Below, piece after piece: positions 8,219 through 16,174 of a stretch of 28,424 bases of DNA. Location of the stretch: positions 1 through 28,424 of IMG/VR virus record IMGVR_UViG_3300042348_000330. One strand, 5' to 3'. Source of the DNA: a virus (taxonomy: Duplodnaviria; Caudoviricetes). Position numbers and translations under genes: made by a program. How positions within the stretch are numbered: position 1 is the stretch's first letter; every line of letters starts with the position of its first letter. The notes beneath the pieces are model-generated. The model ran no database searches. It was not told the DNA's origin and saw nothing but the letters and a program-made list of their open reading frames with translations.

Positions 8219-8746
8219 ATGCCTAAAGGTATGCAAGCAATTTACAGCCAAGTTGTTGGAGTAAATGGAGTAGGCAATGCAGCTGCTATATTCTATAACA
8301 TTCCCCAGACATATACTGATTTAAAAATTGTTGTGTCGCAAAGGAACACTAGTAGCAACGTTGCGGAAAATCTTGCAGTTAGATTTGATGACGCTAATGC
8401 ACTTTATTCACATACGACTTTATATGGAAGTGGCGCTGGCGTTGCAACGTCAAGAAGCTCTAACTCTGCTTTTATTTCCTATACTGCTGGAATGTTTATT
8501 AACGGTAATAATTCAACAGCTAATACATACGGAACATTTGAATTATATATCCCAAATTATACAAGCAATTTATTTAAACAATGTTTAATAGATGCAGTAA
8601 CTGAAAACAATGCAACCGAAGCTTATGCTTCGTTTACTAGTGTTTTATATCGCAACCAGGCGCCAATAAGAACTGTATATGTTCAAGGATATTCAGCAGG
8701 AATGGCAAACGGAACTACAATAACAATTTACGGCATCAGCCGTTAA
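8219..8746 (+). CDS. Paralogous tail module protein C', 175 aa
   Basis: MPKGMQAIYSQVV, FYNIPQTYTDL, ENN, YRNQAPI, TIYGI. Confidence 0.7.
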   Translation: MPKGMQAIYSQVVGVNGVGNAAAIFYNIPQTYTDLKIVVSQRNTSSNVAENLAVRFDDANALYSHTTLYGSGAGVATSRSSNSAFISYTAGMFINGNNSTANTYGTFELYIPNYTSNLFKQCLIDAVTENNATEAYASFTSVLYRNQAPIRTVYVQGYSAGMANGTTITIYGISR

Positions 8747-8765
8747 ACCGACAAAGGAGAAACAA

Positions 8766-8990
8766 ATGACAACACCTACAGTAATCGAAGTCGATTGCTC
8801 GACTGGTATCTCAACAGAGCGTCCAATGACGGCTGATGAAATCCAGGCAATGGAAGAACGCCAAGCTGCATTTGCAGTAGAGCAAGCAGAGCGTGAAGCA
8901 GAGGCAGCAGCCAAGGCTGCAGCTAAGGCATCAGCCGAAGCAAAGCTTGCAGCACTAGGTCTATCAGCAGAAGAAATCGCAGCACTCTAA
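8766..8990 (+). CDS. Small helical protein, possible tail fibre assembly chaperone, 74 aa
   Basis: AAAGGAGA RBS; EVDCSTG..TERPMT.DE N-terminus, E/A-rich helix, ends KLAALGLSAEEIAAL; follows the tail module. Confidence 0.6.
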   Translation: MTTPTVIEVDCSTGISTERPMTADEIQAMEERQAAFAVEQAEREAEAAAKAAAKASAEAKLAALGLSAEEIAAL

Positions 8991-9000
8991 GGAGATAACA

Positions 9001-9189
9001 ATGAACGCAAAGTTTCAAGCAGCAGCATTATCTTGGTTCCGAGCAGCAGCAGCTTCGGCTATTGCACTCTACCTTGCAGGACAGACGGACTTTAAAGTAC
9101 TAGGAACAGCAGCCCTAACAGGCTTCCTTGGTCCAGTACTTAAGTGGCTCGACGGTTCTTCAACAGACTTCGGTCGTGGAGCAGAGTAG
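9001..9189 (+). CDS. Probable holin, 62 aa
   Basis: TAAGGAGA RBS; two short hydrophobic segments; lies upstream of the endolysin. Confidence 0.6.
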   Translation: MNAKFQAAALSWFRAAAASAIALYLAGQTDFKVLGTAALTGFLGPVLKWLDGSSTDFGRGAE

Positions 9190-9401
9190 TGAATCCAAAC
9201 GAATGGGCTGGTCTAGTCCTAACTATCCTTTCAATCATGGGTATCTTTCTCGTTGGGTTTAGATGGTTCATGCGTGTTGAAATTAGAAATATCGTTAAAG
9301 AGGAAATCAGTGTAGTCAAGCACGAGCTTACCAAAAATGGTGGCTCAACCACTAAAGACAAGATTGATTTTATCTACGAGAAGATGAAGAAAGATGGTTA
9401 A
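9189..9401 (+). CDS. Single-pass membrane protein of the lysis cassette, 70 aa
   Basis: GTG at 9189 overlaps the upstream TAG; N-terminal TM helix and ELTKNGGSTTKD motif like actinophage lysis-region membrane proteins. Confidence 0.6.
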   Translation: MNPNEWAGLVLTILSIMGIFLVGFRWFMRVEIRNIVKEEISVVKHELTKNGGSTTKDKIDFIYEKMKKDG

Positions 9402-9907
9402 TGAAAACTGTAGCCAAGAAAGCCACGCCTGCTGCCATTGCTGTTCTCCGTCAAGCGACGGCGTTAAAACCAAAGCGGAAGAAAGCCAGCGATGGTCTTC
9501 TACCATCAGCTGCCCATGTCAAACAAAGCCCGAATTCGGACCACAATACTGGGCTAGCAGTAGACCTGACTCATGACCCAGAAAATGGTATTGACTGTAA
9601 AGAAATATTTGAAAAGCTTAAGGAAGATAAACGTGTTTCGTATCTTATCTTCGAGGGAAAGATTTGGTCTAAAGAAAAATCCAAGTTGGGAAACCGACGG
9701 TACACTGGGTCTAATCCTCACAATAAGCATCTTCATATTTCTATTGTTGCCTCTGGTGCTACCGATACTTCTCCATGGTTTTGGTGGATGAATCAACCTA
9801 AGTTAATTAATCAGGTAAAGGCAGCTATTGCTGTTGTGCCAGTTAAGAAAGCGTATCCAGTAGAAGACACATCTAAATGCTGTCAGCACTGCCCATCTAA
9901 GAAGTAG
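9401..9907 (+). CDS. Endolysin, Zn peptidase of M15/Hedgehog-DD-peptidase fold, 168 aa
   Basis: SDHNTGLAVD matches SxHxxGxAxD, with downstream HxxHLH; adjacent to holin-like genes. Confidence 0.7.
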   Translation: MKTVAKKATPAAIAVLRQATALKPKRKKASDGLLPSAAHVKQSPNSDHNTGLAVDLTHDPENGIDCKEIFEKLKEDKRVSYLIFEGKIWSKEKSKLGNRRYTGSNPHNKHLHISIVASGATDTSPWFWWMNQPKLINQVKAAIAVVPVKKAYPVEDTSKCCQHCPSKK

Positions 9908-9917
9908 GAGATAAGTC

Positions 9918-11834
9918 GTGGCAACGAATAACAAAGCCCTAGTTGGTGACCTACCGATTATCTTGAGCCAGTCGATTCCGACTGCGCTTGTTAAGTATAA
10001 GCGTGAGGACTTTGCTGCTAGCTATGCTATCGGTAATACACCATGGCTATCTGCAGCCTCTGACCAGAACCGTATTAGTCGTATCACGACTACATACCAG
10101 AAGGAACGTATCGACCAGGGTTCATCCGCTGGTGAAAACTCTTTGTCTAACTGGTGGTTTAGGTCTGCAACATCCTGGCACCACGGCTCAGGAGAACGTT
10201 ACTACGATGCAGACGCAAGCGACCTGTACCGATACTACGAATCAAACAACATAGATGTGTGGTCAGTCGGAGAGTTAAGTCTTCTTAAGGCAACAACTAG
10301 TTTAAGTACTGCTGCTGCAAGCAGCCCAGTAACTGTAGCTGGTGGAACATTCTATCTTGAGAACTCAACTCTTAAGTTCTATAACGAATCAACCAGTACA
10401 TCTACAAGCATTGCTCTTCCTGGTGTTGGCAATATTCCATACTGCATTACATCAGATGGAACATACTGTATCGTCGCAGCTACTGAAGGTATCTATGACG
10501 TAACAACTGCTGGCGTAATTAGAATTCTTTGGGACAAGCCAACATATGTTGCAGCAGCATGGTTCCCGCAGGCTATTGCCTACGTTAAGGAACGTATCAT
10601 CGTTGCAGCAAGAGAAGGAACGGTTGAGGTAGGAATCTACGAAGCAAGTAGAGCGTACGTAACCCCAACCCCAAGACTTAATGCATCTAATGAACGTTGG
10701 GAAACAGCTAACACTGCCACCGTTGTCAACTCTATTGCCGAACTAAACTCGGCAATCATTGCTGGATACACACAGGGTGCTGTGTCACGTGTCCTTTCAT
10801 TTACCATTGACCCAACAAATCCACTTGCTGCAATCAATGAGCCAACCGTTATCGCCGAACTACCACGTGGTGAAAGCCTTAACCAGATACGTTGCTACCT
10901 AAGCGAGTACGTTGCATTAGCAACTACACGTGGTCTTCGAATTGGAAACCAGTCTTCTGATGGAAACGCCTTTACGTATGGCTCACTCAACGTAGAAGGT
11001 GAAGTTAAAGATATTGCGTTTAGCAATTCATACATCTATGCAACAAGAGCCCACGCCTACAACAACACTTATGGATTGTGGCGAATTAATTTAGGTACAC
11101 CGCTTGACGGTCATTTTGCATACGCAGCAGATTTAGTTACAGATTCTGGAACAGTCAATGGCGTAGCGTTTATCGGAACAAGCGATAGAAAATTTATTAC
11201 ATCATCATCTGGTGTATGGATTGAGCATGCAACAAGTCTTGCAACTTCTGGAACCATCAGCTCTGGCTATATCCGATGGGGTACATCAGAAAGAAAGCAG
11301 CCTGTATCAATTGCGATTAGAGCTGTCGGCTCCGACGGACAAATTGGTTTTACCGTATCCGATGACAATGGCAATGCATCAAGCATTGGTGCAGTACCAC
11401 TAAATGCATCTACTGATTTACAGTTATCTGCTGGTCTTCAACCATCTGATAACTTTGAGATTACTATGACACTAACGAGAAGTACATCCGACGTTACGCT
11501 TGGACCTACACTTCAAGAATGGCAGTGTCGTGCATTACCTGCACCTATTCGCTCAAGAACTATTACAGTTCCTTTGCTGTGCTACGAGGAAGAGCGTGAC
11601 CCTAATGGAGTTACCAACGTAAGCAACCCATGGGAGCGAATCAAATATCTAGAACGTATTGAGCAAAACGGTGGAGCCGTTCTGTATCAGGACTTCTCTT
11701 CAGAAGAGGAAAGAATCTGTGTCATCAGAGCTATCCAATTTGAACAGCAGTCTCCTCCATCATTTGCTTCTGGGTTTGGTGGCATCGTTACCGTTCAATT
11801 GCAAACAATTGATACGGAGCAACCAATCCAATAA
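9918..11834 (+). CDS. Large beta-rich virion structural protein (tail nozzle / tubular-B-like), 638 aa
   Basis: TAGGAGA RBS with GTG start; size and beta-propeller-like composition. The function is inferred. Confidence 0.5.
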   Translation: MATNNKALVGDLPIILSQSIPTALVKYKREDFAASYAIGNTPWLSAASDQNRISRITTTYQKERIDQGSSAGENSLSNWWFRSATSWHHGSGERYYDADASDLYRYYESNNIDVWSVGELSLLKATTSLSTAAASSPVTVAGGTFYLENSTLKFYNESTSTSTSIALPGVGNIPYCITSDGTYCIVAATEGIYDVTTAGVIRILWDKPTYVAAAWFPQAIAYVKERIIVAAREGTVEVGIYEASRAYVTPTPRLNASNERWETANTATVVNSIAELNSAIIAGYTQGAVSRVLSFTIDPTNPLAAINEPTVIAELPRGESLNQIRCYLSEYVALATTRGLRIGNQSSDGNAFTYGSLNVEGEVKDIAFSNSYIYATRAHAYNNTYGLWRINLGTPLDGHFAYAADLVTDSGTVNGVAFIGTSDRKFITSSSGVWIEHATSLATSGTISSGYIRWGTSERKQPVSIAIRAVGSDGQIGFTVSDDNGNASSIGAVPLNASTDLQLSAGLQPSDNFEITMTLTRSTSDVTLGPTLQEWQCRALPAPIRSRTITVPLLCYEEERDPNGVTNVSNPWERIKYLERIEQNGGAVLYQDFSSEEERICVIRAIQFEQQSPPSFASGFGGIVTVQLQTIDTEQPIQ

Positions 11835-12052
11835 TGGAAGAGAACAAGTTAATACCACTGGTATCACCAGGTGAACGAAGTGAGTTGGTCGATAAGGTTC
11901 GGCTAGCTCTTAATGTTGCTGGAGATGATGTGCTTGATGCTCCCCTTGCCGAGTTGCTAAGAGGGTTGCAGCATCAACTTTCCATCCCAGCAGTCGGGTG
12001 CATCAATATAGCCACGCTGGATGCGCTCGCAGTTGCTCCACCAGAATGGTAG
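11834..12052 (+). CDS. Stand-alone peptidoglycan-binding-like (PGBD) three-helix protein, 72 aa
   Basis: L..GE.SE.V..V..AL....D.V.D......LRGLQ..L.I...G.I...TL.AL follows PGBD spacing, but is degenerate. Confidence 0.5.
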   Translation: MEENKLIPLVSPGERSELVDKVRLALNVAGDDVLDAPLAELLRGLQHQLSIPAVGCINIATLDALAVAPPEW

Positions 12053-12056
12053 GGCT

Positions 12057-12098
12057 AAAAGGAGAGGGGGACTTAATTGTCCCCCTCTTTTTTTATTT
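12057..12098 (+). terminator. Intrinsic terminator ending the late operon
   Basis: AGAGGGGGAC-TTAATT-GTCCCCCTCT followed by a T run; a second hairpin GGCTTGCC-ATCA-GGCAAGCC lies at 12113-12132. Confidence 0.85.
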
Positions 12099-12185
12099 CC
12101 CTTTTTCACCACGGCTTGCCATCAGGCAAGCCTTTCCCGCCCACCACCCCTCAACCCTATCAGATTATTGGTAAAAATAAACGGC

Positions 12186-12230
12186 GTGTCTTATGACACA
12201 AGAAAGGAATACGCTGGTATGATTTACGGT
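12186..12230 (+). promoter_or_regulatory. Probable promoter for a leaderless transcript starting at ATG 12231
   Basis: Extended -10 TGgTATGAT (12215-12223) lies 7 nt before the ATG, which has no RBS. Palindrome GTGTC-TTAT-GACAC (12186-12199) sits at the -35 position. Confidence 0.6.
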
Positions 12231-12428
12231 ATGAATAAACTTCCTCCGCATCGGTCTTACAGTCAGCTAACAACCTGGCAATCCTGCCCTCAGAAATACT
12301 ACTTGAGTAAGGTTGCCATGGTACCAGAGAAACCCGCAGTATATCTAGCAGCTGGCTCAGCTGTTCACTCTATGTTGGAATGGTTGAACCATGAGTTCTA
12401 CAAGCAGCAACAACAGCAATCTAATTGA
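12231..12428 (+). CDS. Cas4/RecB-like PD-(D/E)XK nuclease, N-terminal fragment, 65 aa
   Basis: HRSYSQLTTWQSCPQKYYL...GSAVHSMLE is the typical N-terminus of this family (S.S.L...CP..Y, G..VH..LE). Confidence 0.8.
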   Translation: MNKLPPHRSYSQLTTWQSCPQKYYLSKVAMVPEKPAVYLAAGSAVHSMLEWLNHEFYKQQQQQSN

Positions 12429-12639
12429 CCAGCGGGGAATCCCCAGCAATGAATGTGTGAACTGTGGTTCAAACATTCAGATAATCAGAGCCATCTTCCA
12501 AGACTATGACTTGGTCATGTGGTTCACCGATTCTTTCTGTGCCACATGTGGCTCACCTATGACAACACCCACACCAGTAGACCATCCAGACTACGTGAAA
12601 CCAGAACACCCAGAGGAAGAAGACGATGAGTTTAACTGA
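12391..12639 (+). CDS. Small Zn-ribbon protein (CxxC...CxxC), 82 aa
   Basis: CVNCGS...CATCGS with an acidic tail; overlaps both nuclease fragments. Confidence 0.7.
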   Translation: MSSTSSNNSNLIDQRGIPSNECVNCGSNIQIIRAIFQDYDLVMWFTDSFCATCGSPMTTPTPVDHPDYVKPEHPEEEDDEFN

Positions 12640-13294
12640 GAAGTGGCTTGAGGTTTTTAATGACGAAGTTAGAAGTGTCGAAGAGCAAACAGGAATCCCA
12701 TCGACAGAGTGGAAGACAGCAGGTCGCAAGACTGCTGCTCGTCCAGATGGCGAGGACTTAGCTTTTTGGCAGAGCGATGGGCTCAAGCAGGTAGAGGCAT
12801 ACCAGAAATGGATGTTGCAATCTGGTTGGCAAATCGCTACTATGCCTGATGGTCGTCCTGGAATCGAGTGGTCTGCAGATGTGCATTTCGGAGGCACACC
12901 TGTAAGATTTATCATCGACGCGGTATATCAAGTAGGGGAAGACTTGGTTATCGTTGACTACAAAACAGGTTCCAGGACGCCATTCGGTGTAATCCAGAAT
13001 GGCTTATATGCCAGCGGTATTGAAAAGATTTACGGCATCCGTCCTAAGTGGGGCGCATTCTTTATGACACGCCAAGGCGAGCTTGGTGATTTAATTGACT
13101 TAACCCACCTAAGTATTGAATACTATGAACATGCATTCAGCTCTATGAACCACTCAGTATTGCAAGGTTACTTCCCAACATTTGTTGGTGAGAATTGCAA
13201 GATGTGTTCGTTCGTTGATAAGTGTCCAGCATGGGGCAGCAAAGATTTCCCGCTACAAATTCCAACAACAGGGAAAGAAAAGGAGAGAAAGTAG
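12626..13294 (+). CDS. Cas4/RecB-like PD-(D/E)XK nuclease, catalytic C-terminal fragment, 222 aa
   Basis: IID...IVDYKTG, Q..LY and C-terminal CKMCSFVDKC; own GAGGA RBS. Confidence 0.85.
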   Translation: MSLTEKWLEVFNDEVRSVEEQTGIPSTEWKTAGRKTAARPDGEDLAFWQSDGLKQVEAYQKWMLQSGWQIATMPDGRPGIEWSADVHFGGTPVRFIIDAVYQVGEDLVIVDYKTGSRTPFGVIQNGLYASGIEKIYGIRPKWGAFFMTRQGELGDLIDLTHLSIEYYEHAFSSMNHSVLQGYFPTFVGENCKMCSFVDKCPAWGSKDFPLQIPTTGKEKERK

Positions 13295-13756
13295 ATGACT
13301 GAATCTATGTTCTCGTATACAGGAAAGCTAAACGGCAATGACTTGTTTACCGTCCGAGGTAACAGCGTTGCTGAATTCAAGGCAAACCTAAACGCAGCAA
13401 TCGAGGTAATCTCTGATGCTGCTGGTCTGCAAACTATGTTGCTTAATCGCACAACTGGTGGTGCATACGCACCAAACATGGAGCAAGCAATCGCTGGTCT
13501 ACAAGCAGCTGGTCTGAACCCGCAGCCTGTAACTACAACACCTCAAGCGATTGAGGTTGTTAAAGATAAGTATGGTAACGAGTGGACATATGGACATCCA
13601 GATGCGCCAGACCTACCAGACGGACGTGGCAAGTACGCCAAGAAGAAGGGCGTATCAAAAGCAGGTAAGGCTTATGTTGGTTGGTTCGACCCAGCCAAGG
13701 GACCGAAGCCTTTCTCACCAGGTGCTGTAGAAGCAGAAACAATCTGGACTAAGTAA
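13295..13756 (+). CDS. Conserved replication-module protein (possible ssDNA-binding or recombination partner), 153 aa
   Basis: AAGGAG RBS; lies between nuclease and helicase; C-terminal KKGVSKAGKAYVGWF motif. Function inferred. Confidence 0.5.
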   Translation: MTESMFSYTGKLNGNDLFTVRGNSVAEFKANLNAAIEVISDAAGLQTMLLNRTTGGAYAPNMEQAIAGLQAAGLNPQPVTTTPQAIEVVKDKYGNEWTYGHPDAPDLPDGRGKYAKKKGVSKAGKAYVGWFDPAKGPKPFSPGAVEAETIWTK

Positions 13757-14589
13757 TGCGTAGCCTATTGCAAGTAGTGGGTGTCGAGTCACCAGCTGGT
13801 CATCAACTACCAGAAATCCTACCTCAACTCACCGCCAGTCAGGTGGTCTTTCGTCAAGCGCAATTGCATTTGATTGCAGGACAACCAGGCGGAGGTAAGA
13901 CACTACTTGCATTATGGTACGCAATCACTTCTAAAGTTCCATCCTTGTACATATCAGCAGACTCTGATTCACGTACCATCGCTACTCGCGCTGGTGCAAT
14001 CATTATGAATAGAGATGTTGCTGATGTTGAAAGACTGATGGATACCGAAGCAAGTGTTCTCCTTGAGGATGCACTAGCAGAAGGTGCCAGCCATGTACGA
14101 TTCGCCTTCGACCCAGCACCTTCTCTTCAAGATGTTGAAGAGGAGATTGAAGCGTGGATTGAATTACATGGCTCGGCTCCTGCTGCTGTGTATGTAGATA
14201 ACTTAATGAACGTAGCCTCCGCTAGTGATAACGAGTGGACTGCACTACGTGATGCCATGTCAGCGTTTCACTACATGGCACGTGAATATGAATCGGCTTT
14301 CATCGTCCTACACCACGTATCCGAGAATGAAAAGATGTCTAAGCCAAACTACCCAGCACCACGTAAAGCGTTGATGGGTAAGGTAGCAGCACTACCAGAG
14401 TTGGTCCTTTCGGTGGCTCTGGATAGTGCTTCTAATAGTTATCGCGTTGCTGTTGTTAAGAACCGACATGGCAAGGCAGACCCAACCGCAGAGAGTTACG
14501 TATCTCTAGCAGCAGAGGCAAGCAAGATGGTTCTCTATAACTCACCAGCTGAATTGTTCCGCGCCAGAACAATGAGTCAATGGCAATGA
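13756..14589 (+). CDS. DnaB/RecA-like replicative helicase (ATPase domain), 277 aa
   Basis: Walker A AGQPGGGKT, Walker B VYVDNL, LHH, and VKNRHG (DnaB motif H4). Confidence 0.85.
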   Translation: MRSLLQVVGVESPAGHQLPEILPQLTASQVVFRQAQLHLIAGQPGGGKTLLALWYAITSKVPSLYISADSDSRTIATRAGAIIMNRDVADVERLMDTEASVLLEDALAEGASHVRFAFDPAPSLQDVEEEIEAWIELHGSAPAAVYVDNLMNVASASDNEWTALRDAMSAFHYMAREYESAFIVLHHVSENEKMSKPNYPAPRKALMGKVAALPELVLSVALDSASNSYRVAVVKNRHGKADPTAESYVSLAAEASKMVLYNSPAELFRARTMSQWQ

Positions 14590-14972
14590 GTAACCTATCT
14601 TCATTTGATTTAGATTTTAGTTATGGTCAGTCAGGCGAGAAGTTAGTAGAAGAGTTACTTACTGGTGGCAAGACCATTGAGGTTAAACGTGACCGCAAGT
14701 GGCATGCTACTGGCAATCTATATATAGAAGTTGAATGTTGGTACCAGCGTTCTGATTCATGGGAACCATCAGGTCTGTCTGTCACGAAGGCAAGTTACTG
14801 GGCTTTCGTTCTAGAACATGGCGTATTGATGGTACCGACTGGTCACGTACGTCACGCCATACAGAAGTATGGACGTGAGATTACCTGCGAGATTCCACCG
14901 AATCGAAGCAAAGGTTATTTGATTACGGTCGAGAACTTACTAGACGTTATGAAGGAATTAAAAGATGAGTAG
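14586..14972 (+). CDS. PD-(D/E)XK-like nuclease-fold protein, 128 aa
   Basis: FDLD...G..GE, IEVKRD...TGNLYIE; ATGA overlap with the helicase stop. Confidence 0.6.
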   Translation: MSNLSSFDLDFSYGQSGEKLVEELLTGGKTIEVKRDRKWHATGNLYIEVECWYQRSDSWEPSGLSVTKASYWAFVLEHGVLMVPTGHVRHAIQKYGREITCEIPPNRSKGYLITVENLLDVMKELKDE

Positions 14973-15126
14973 AGCTGGCATCCTCATACGTGGGGCTTGG
15001 GTTAAGTGGCATGCACTTGGCTACGTAGGAGTTAAGAAAAGAAAAAGGCTGAAACATCTTGTAGTTACAGATGAGTATGCACTAGTGTACTGGGAACAAT
15101 TATATAAACTATCCCGCAGACCTTAA
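14965..15126 (+). CDS. Small basic hypothetical protein, 53 aa (not in the ORF track)
   Basis: Read by hand: MSRAGILIRGAWVKWHALGYVGVKKRKRLKHLVVTDEYALVYWEQLYKLSRRP*. AAGGA upstream; fills the gap before whiB. Confidence 0.55.
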   Translation: MSRAGILIRGAWVKWHALGYVGVKKRKRLKHLVVTDEYALVYWEQLYKLSRRP

Positions 15127-15135
15127 GGAGTTAAG

Positions 15136-15405
15136 ATGAATATGCCAGACCTATCACGTGGTCAATGCAGAGAAGTTGGTAGCGATTTTTTTTACCCATA
15201 TTCTGAAAACGAAAGTGATACATCGGTATATTCTTTTGGTAAGAAGATATGTTCTGGTTGTGAAGTAAAGCAGCAGTGCCTTGATTGGGCAGTACGCCAT
15301 GAAGGTTATGGTTTGTGGGGTGGCAAGACACCACGTGAAAGAATGTTAATCCGTCGTCAGTTAAATATAAAACTAGAGTCGTTGATACCAGGAGATTACG
15401 TATGA
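15136..15405 (+). CDS. whiB: WhiB-family Fe-S transcription factor, 89 aa
   Basis: Four Cys (C...CxxCxxxxxC), FFYP, GLWGG-TPRER turn; TAAGGAG RBS. Confidence 0.92.
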   Translation: MNMPDLSRGQCREVGSDFFYPYSENESDTSVYSFGKKICSGCEVKQQCLDWAVRHEGYGLWGGKTPRERMLIRRQLNIKLESLIPGDYV

Positions 15406-15755
15406 CAACAGCAGCTAAACGCAAGGGCTCACAGTTCGAACGTGACGTAGTCAAGTGGTTAAGAACCATGGGATACCCATGCGCTGAACGTGCATATGGT
15501 GCTGGTCGACACGACGATGTCGGAGACATCGATGGTATCAATGGTGTAGTAATCGAATGCAAGAACGAGAAAGCAATAAGAATTCCTCAGTACCTTCGGG
15601 AGCTAGAGGATGAGATGACACATGCCGATGCAGAGACAGGCGTTGTGTTAATCAAGAAGCGTGGCACTTCTAATATCTCAGAGGCGTATGCAGTAATGCC
15701 TGCGGAACTCTGGGTAAATCTGCTTAGACAGGCAGGTTACAATGGACATCAGTAA
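15402..15755 (+). CDS. Holliday junction resolvase (Hjc-like PD-(D/E)XK), 117 aa
   Basis: KRKGSQFERDV, D.GDI, IECKN. Confidence 0.8.
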   Translation: MTTAAKRKGSQFERDVVKWLRTMGYPCAERAYGAGRHDDVGDIDGINGVVIECKNEKAIRIPQYLRELEDEMTHADAETGVVLIKKRGTSNISEAYAVMPAELWVNLLRQAGYNGHQ

Positions 15756-15793
15756 TCAAGTGACAGATGGTTACAAAATGAAACGAGGTAACT

Positions 15794-16171
15794 ATGCGGT
15801 TAGCGATAACGATGGGCATAGCGATAGCGTTCGTGTTGGTATCACCAGCAGAAGCGTTGTCACCCAAACTTACACACGAAGTTCGCATGTCCGTAATGGA
15901 CAAGGAACAGAGAGTGGAGTATGCGATTGCTCAGTTCGTAACCGAGAAGGAGCAGCGACTATGTGCGAAACGTATTGCGTACAAGGAGAGTCGCTACAAC
16001 GAGACATCACTCAACAAAAAGAGTGGAGCTCGTGGAGTGTGGCAATTACTATGGGGGAAACCTCATTGGTCATTACTCAAACAGACTCAGGAGGCGCACG
16101 ACTACGTGCTCCATCGATACGATACTTGGTGCGGGGCGTACAGGTTCCACCAGGAAAGGAACTGGTATTAA
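15794..16171 (+). CDS. Lytic transglycosylase (SLT/lysozyme-like) with N-terminal signal or TM segment, 125 aa
   Basis: KESRYN...N..SGARGVWQ, YV..RY..WCGA...H....WY. Confidence 0.8.
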   Translation: MRLAITMGIAIAFVLVSPAEALSPKLTHEVRMSVMDKEQRVEYAIAQFVTEKEQRLCAKRIAYKESRYNETSLNKKSGARGVWQLLWGKPHWSLLKQTQEAHDYVLHRYDTWCGAYRFHQERNWY

Positions 16172-16174
16172 CAA

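Noticed and set aside
4919-8746. Diversity-generating retroelement or invertible tail-fibre shufflon
   Set aside because: An Mtd-N-like domain is present, but I see no reverse transcriptase, no near-identical TR/VR pair, no invertase and no inverted cassettes in the window.
12021-12230. N-terminal extension of the 135-aa ORF in the track
   Set aside because: It runs through a terminator and promoter; family-like sequence begins at Met 12231.
12404-12419. Poly-Gln tract (QQQQQ) as a functional repeat
   Set aside because: It lies in the overlap of two ORFs (SSNNSN in the other frame) and is probably a by-product.
12391-12639. Self-splicing intron or intein explaining the split nuclease
   Set aside because: The insert is only about 0.2 kb, is fully occupied by a plausible ORF and is out of frame, and I recognise no group I/II or intein motifs. 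Not formally excluded without RT-PCR.
12231-13294. CRISPR-Cas association of the Cas4-like nuclease
   Set aside because: No repeat-spacer array or other cas genes; solo Cas4/RecB-like nucleases are common in phages.
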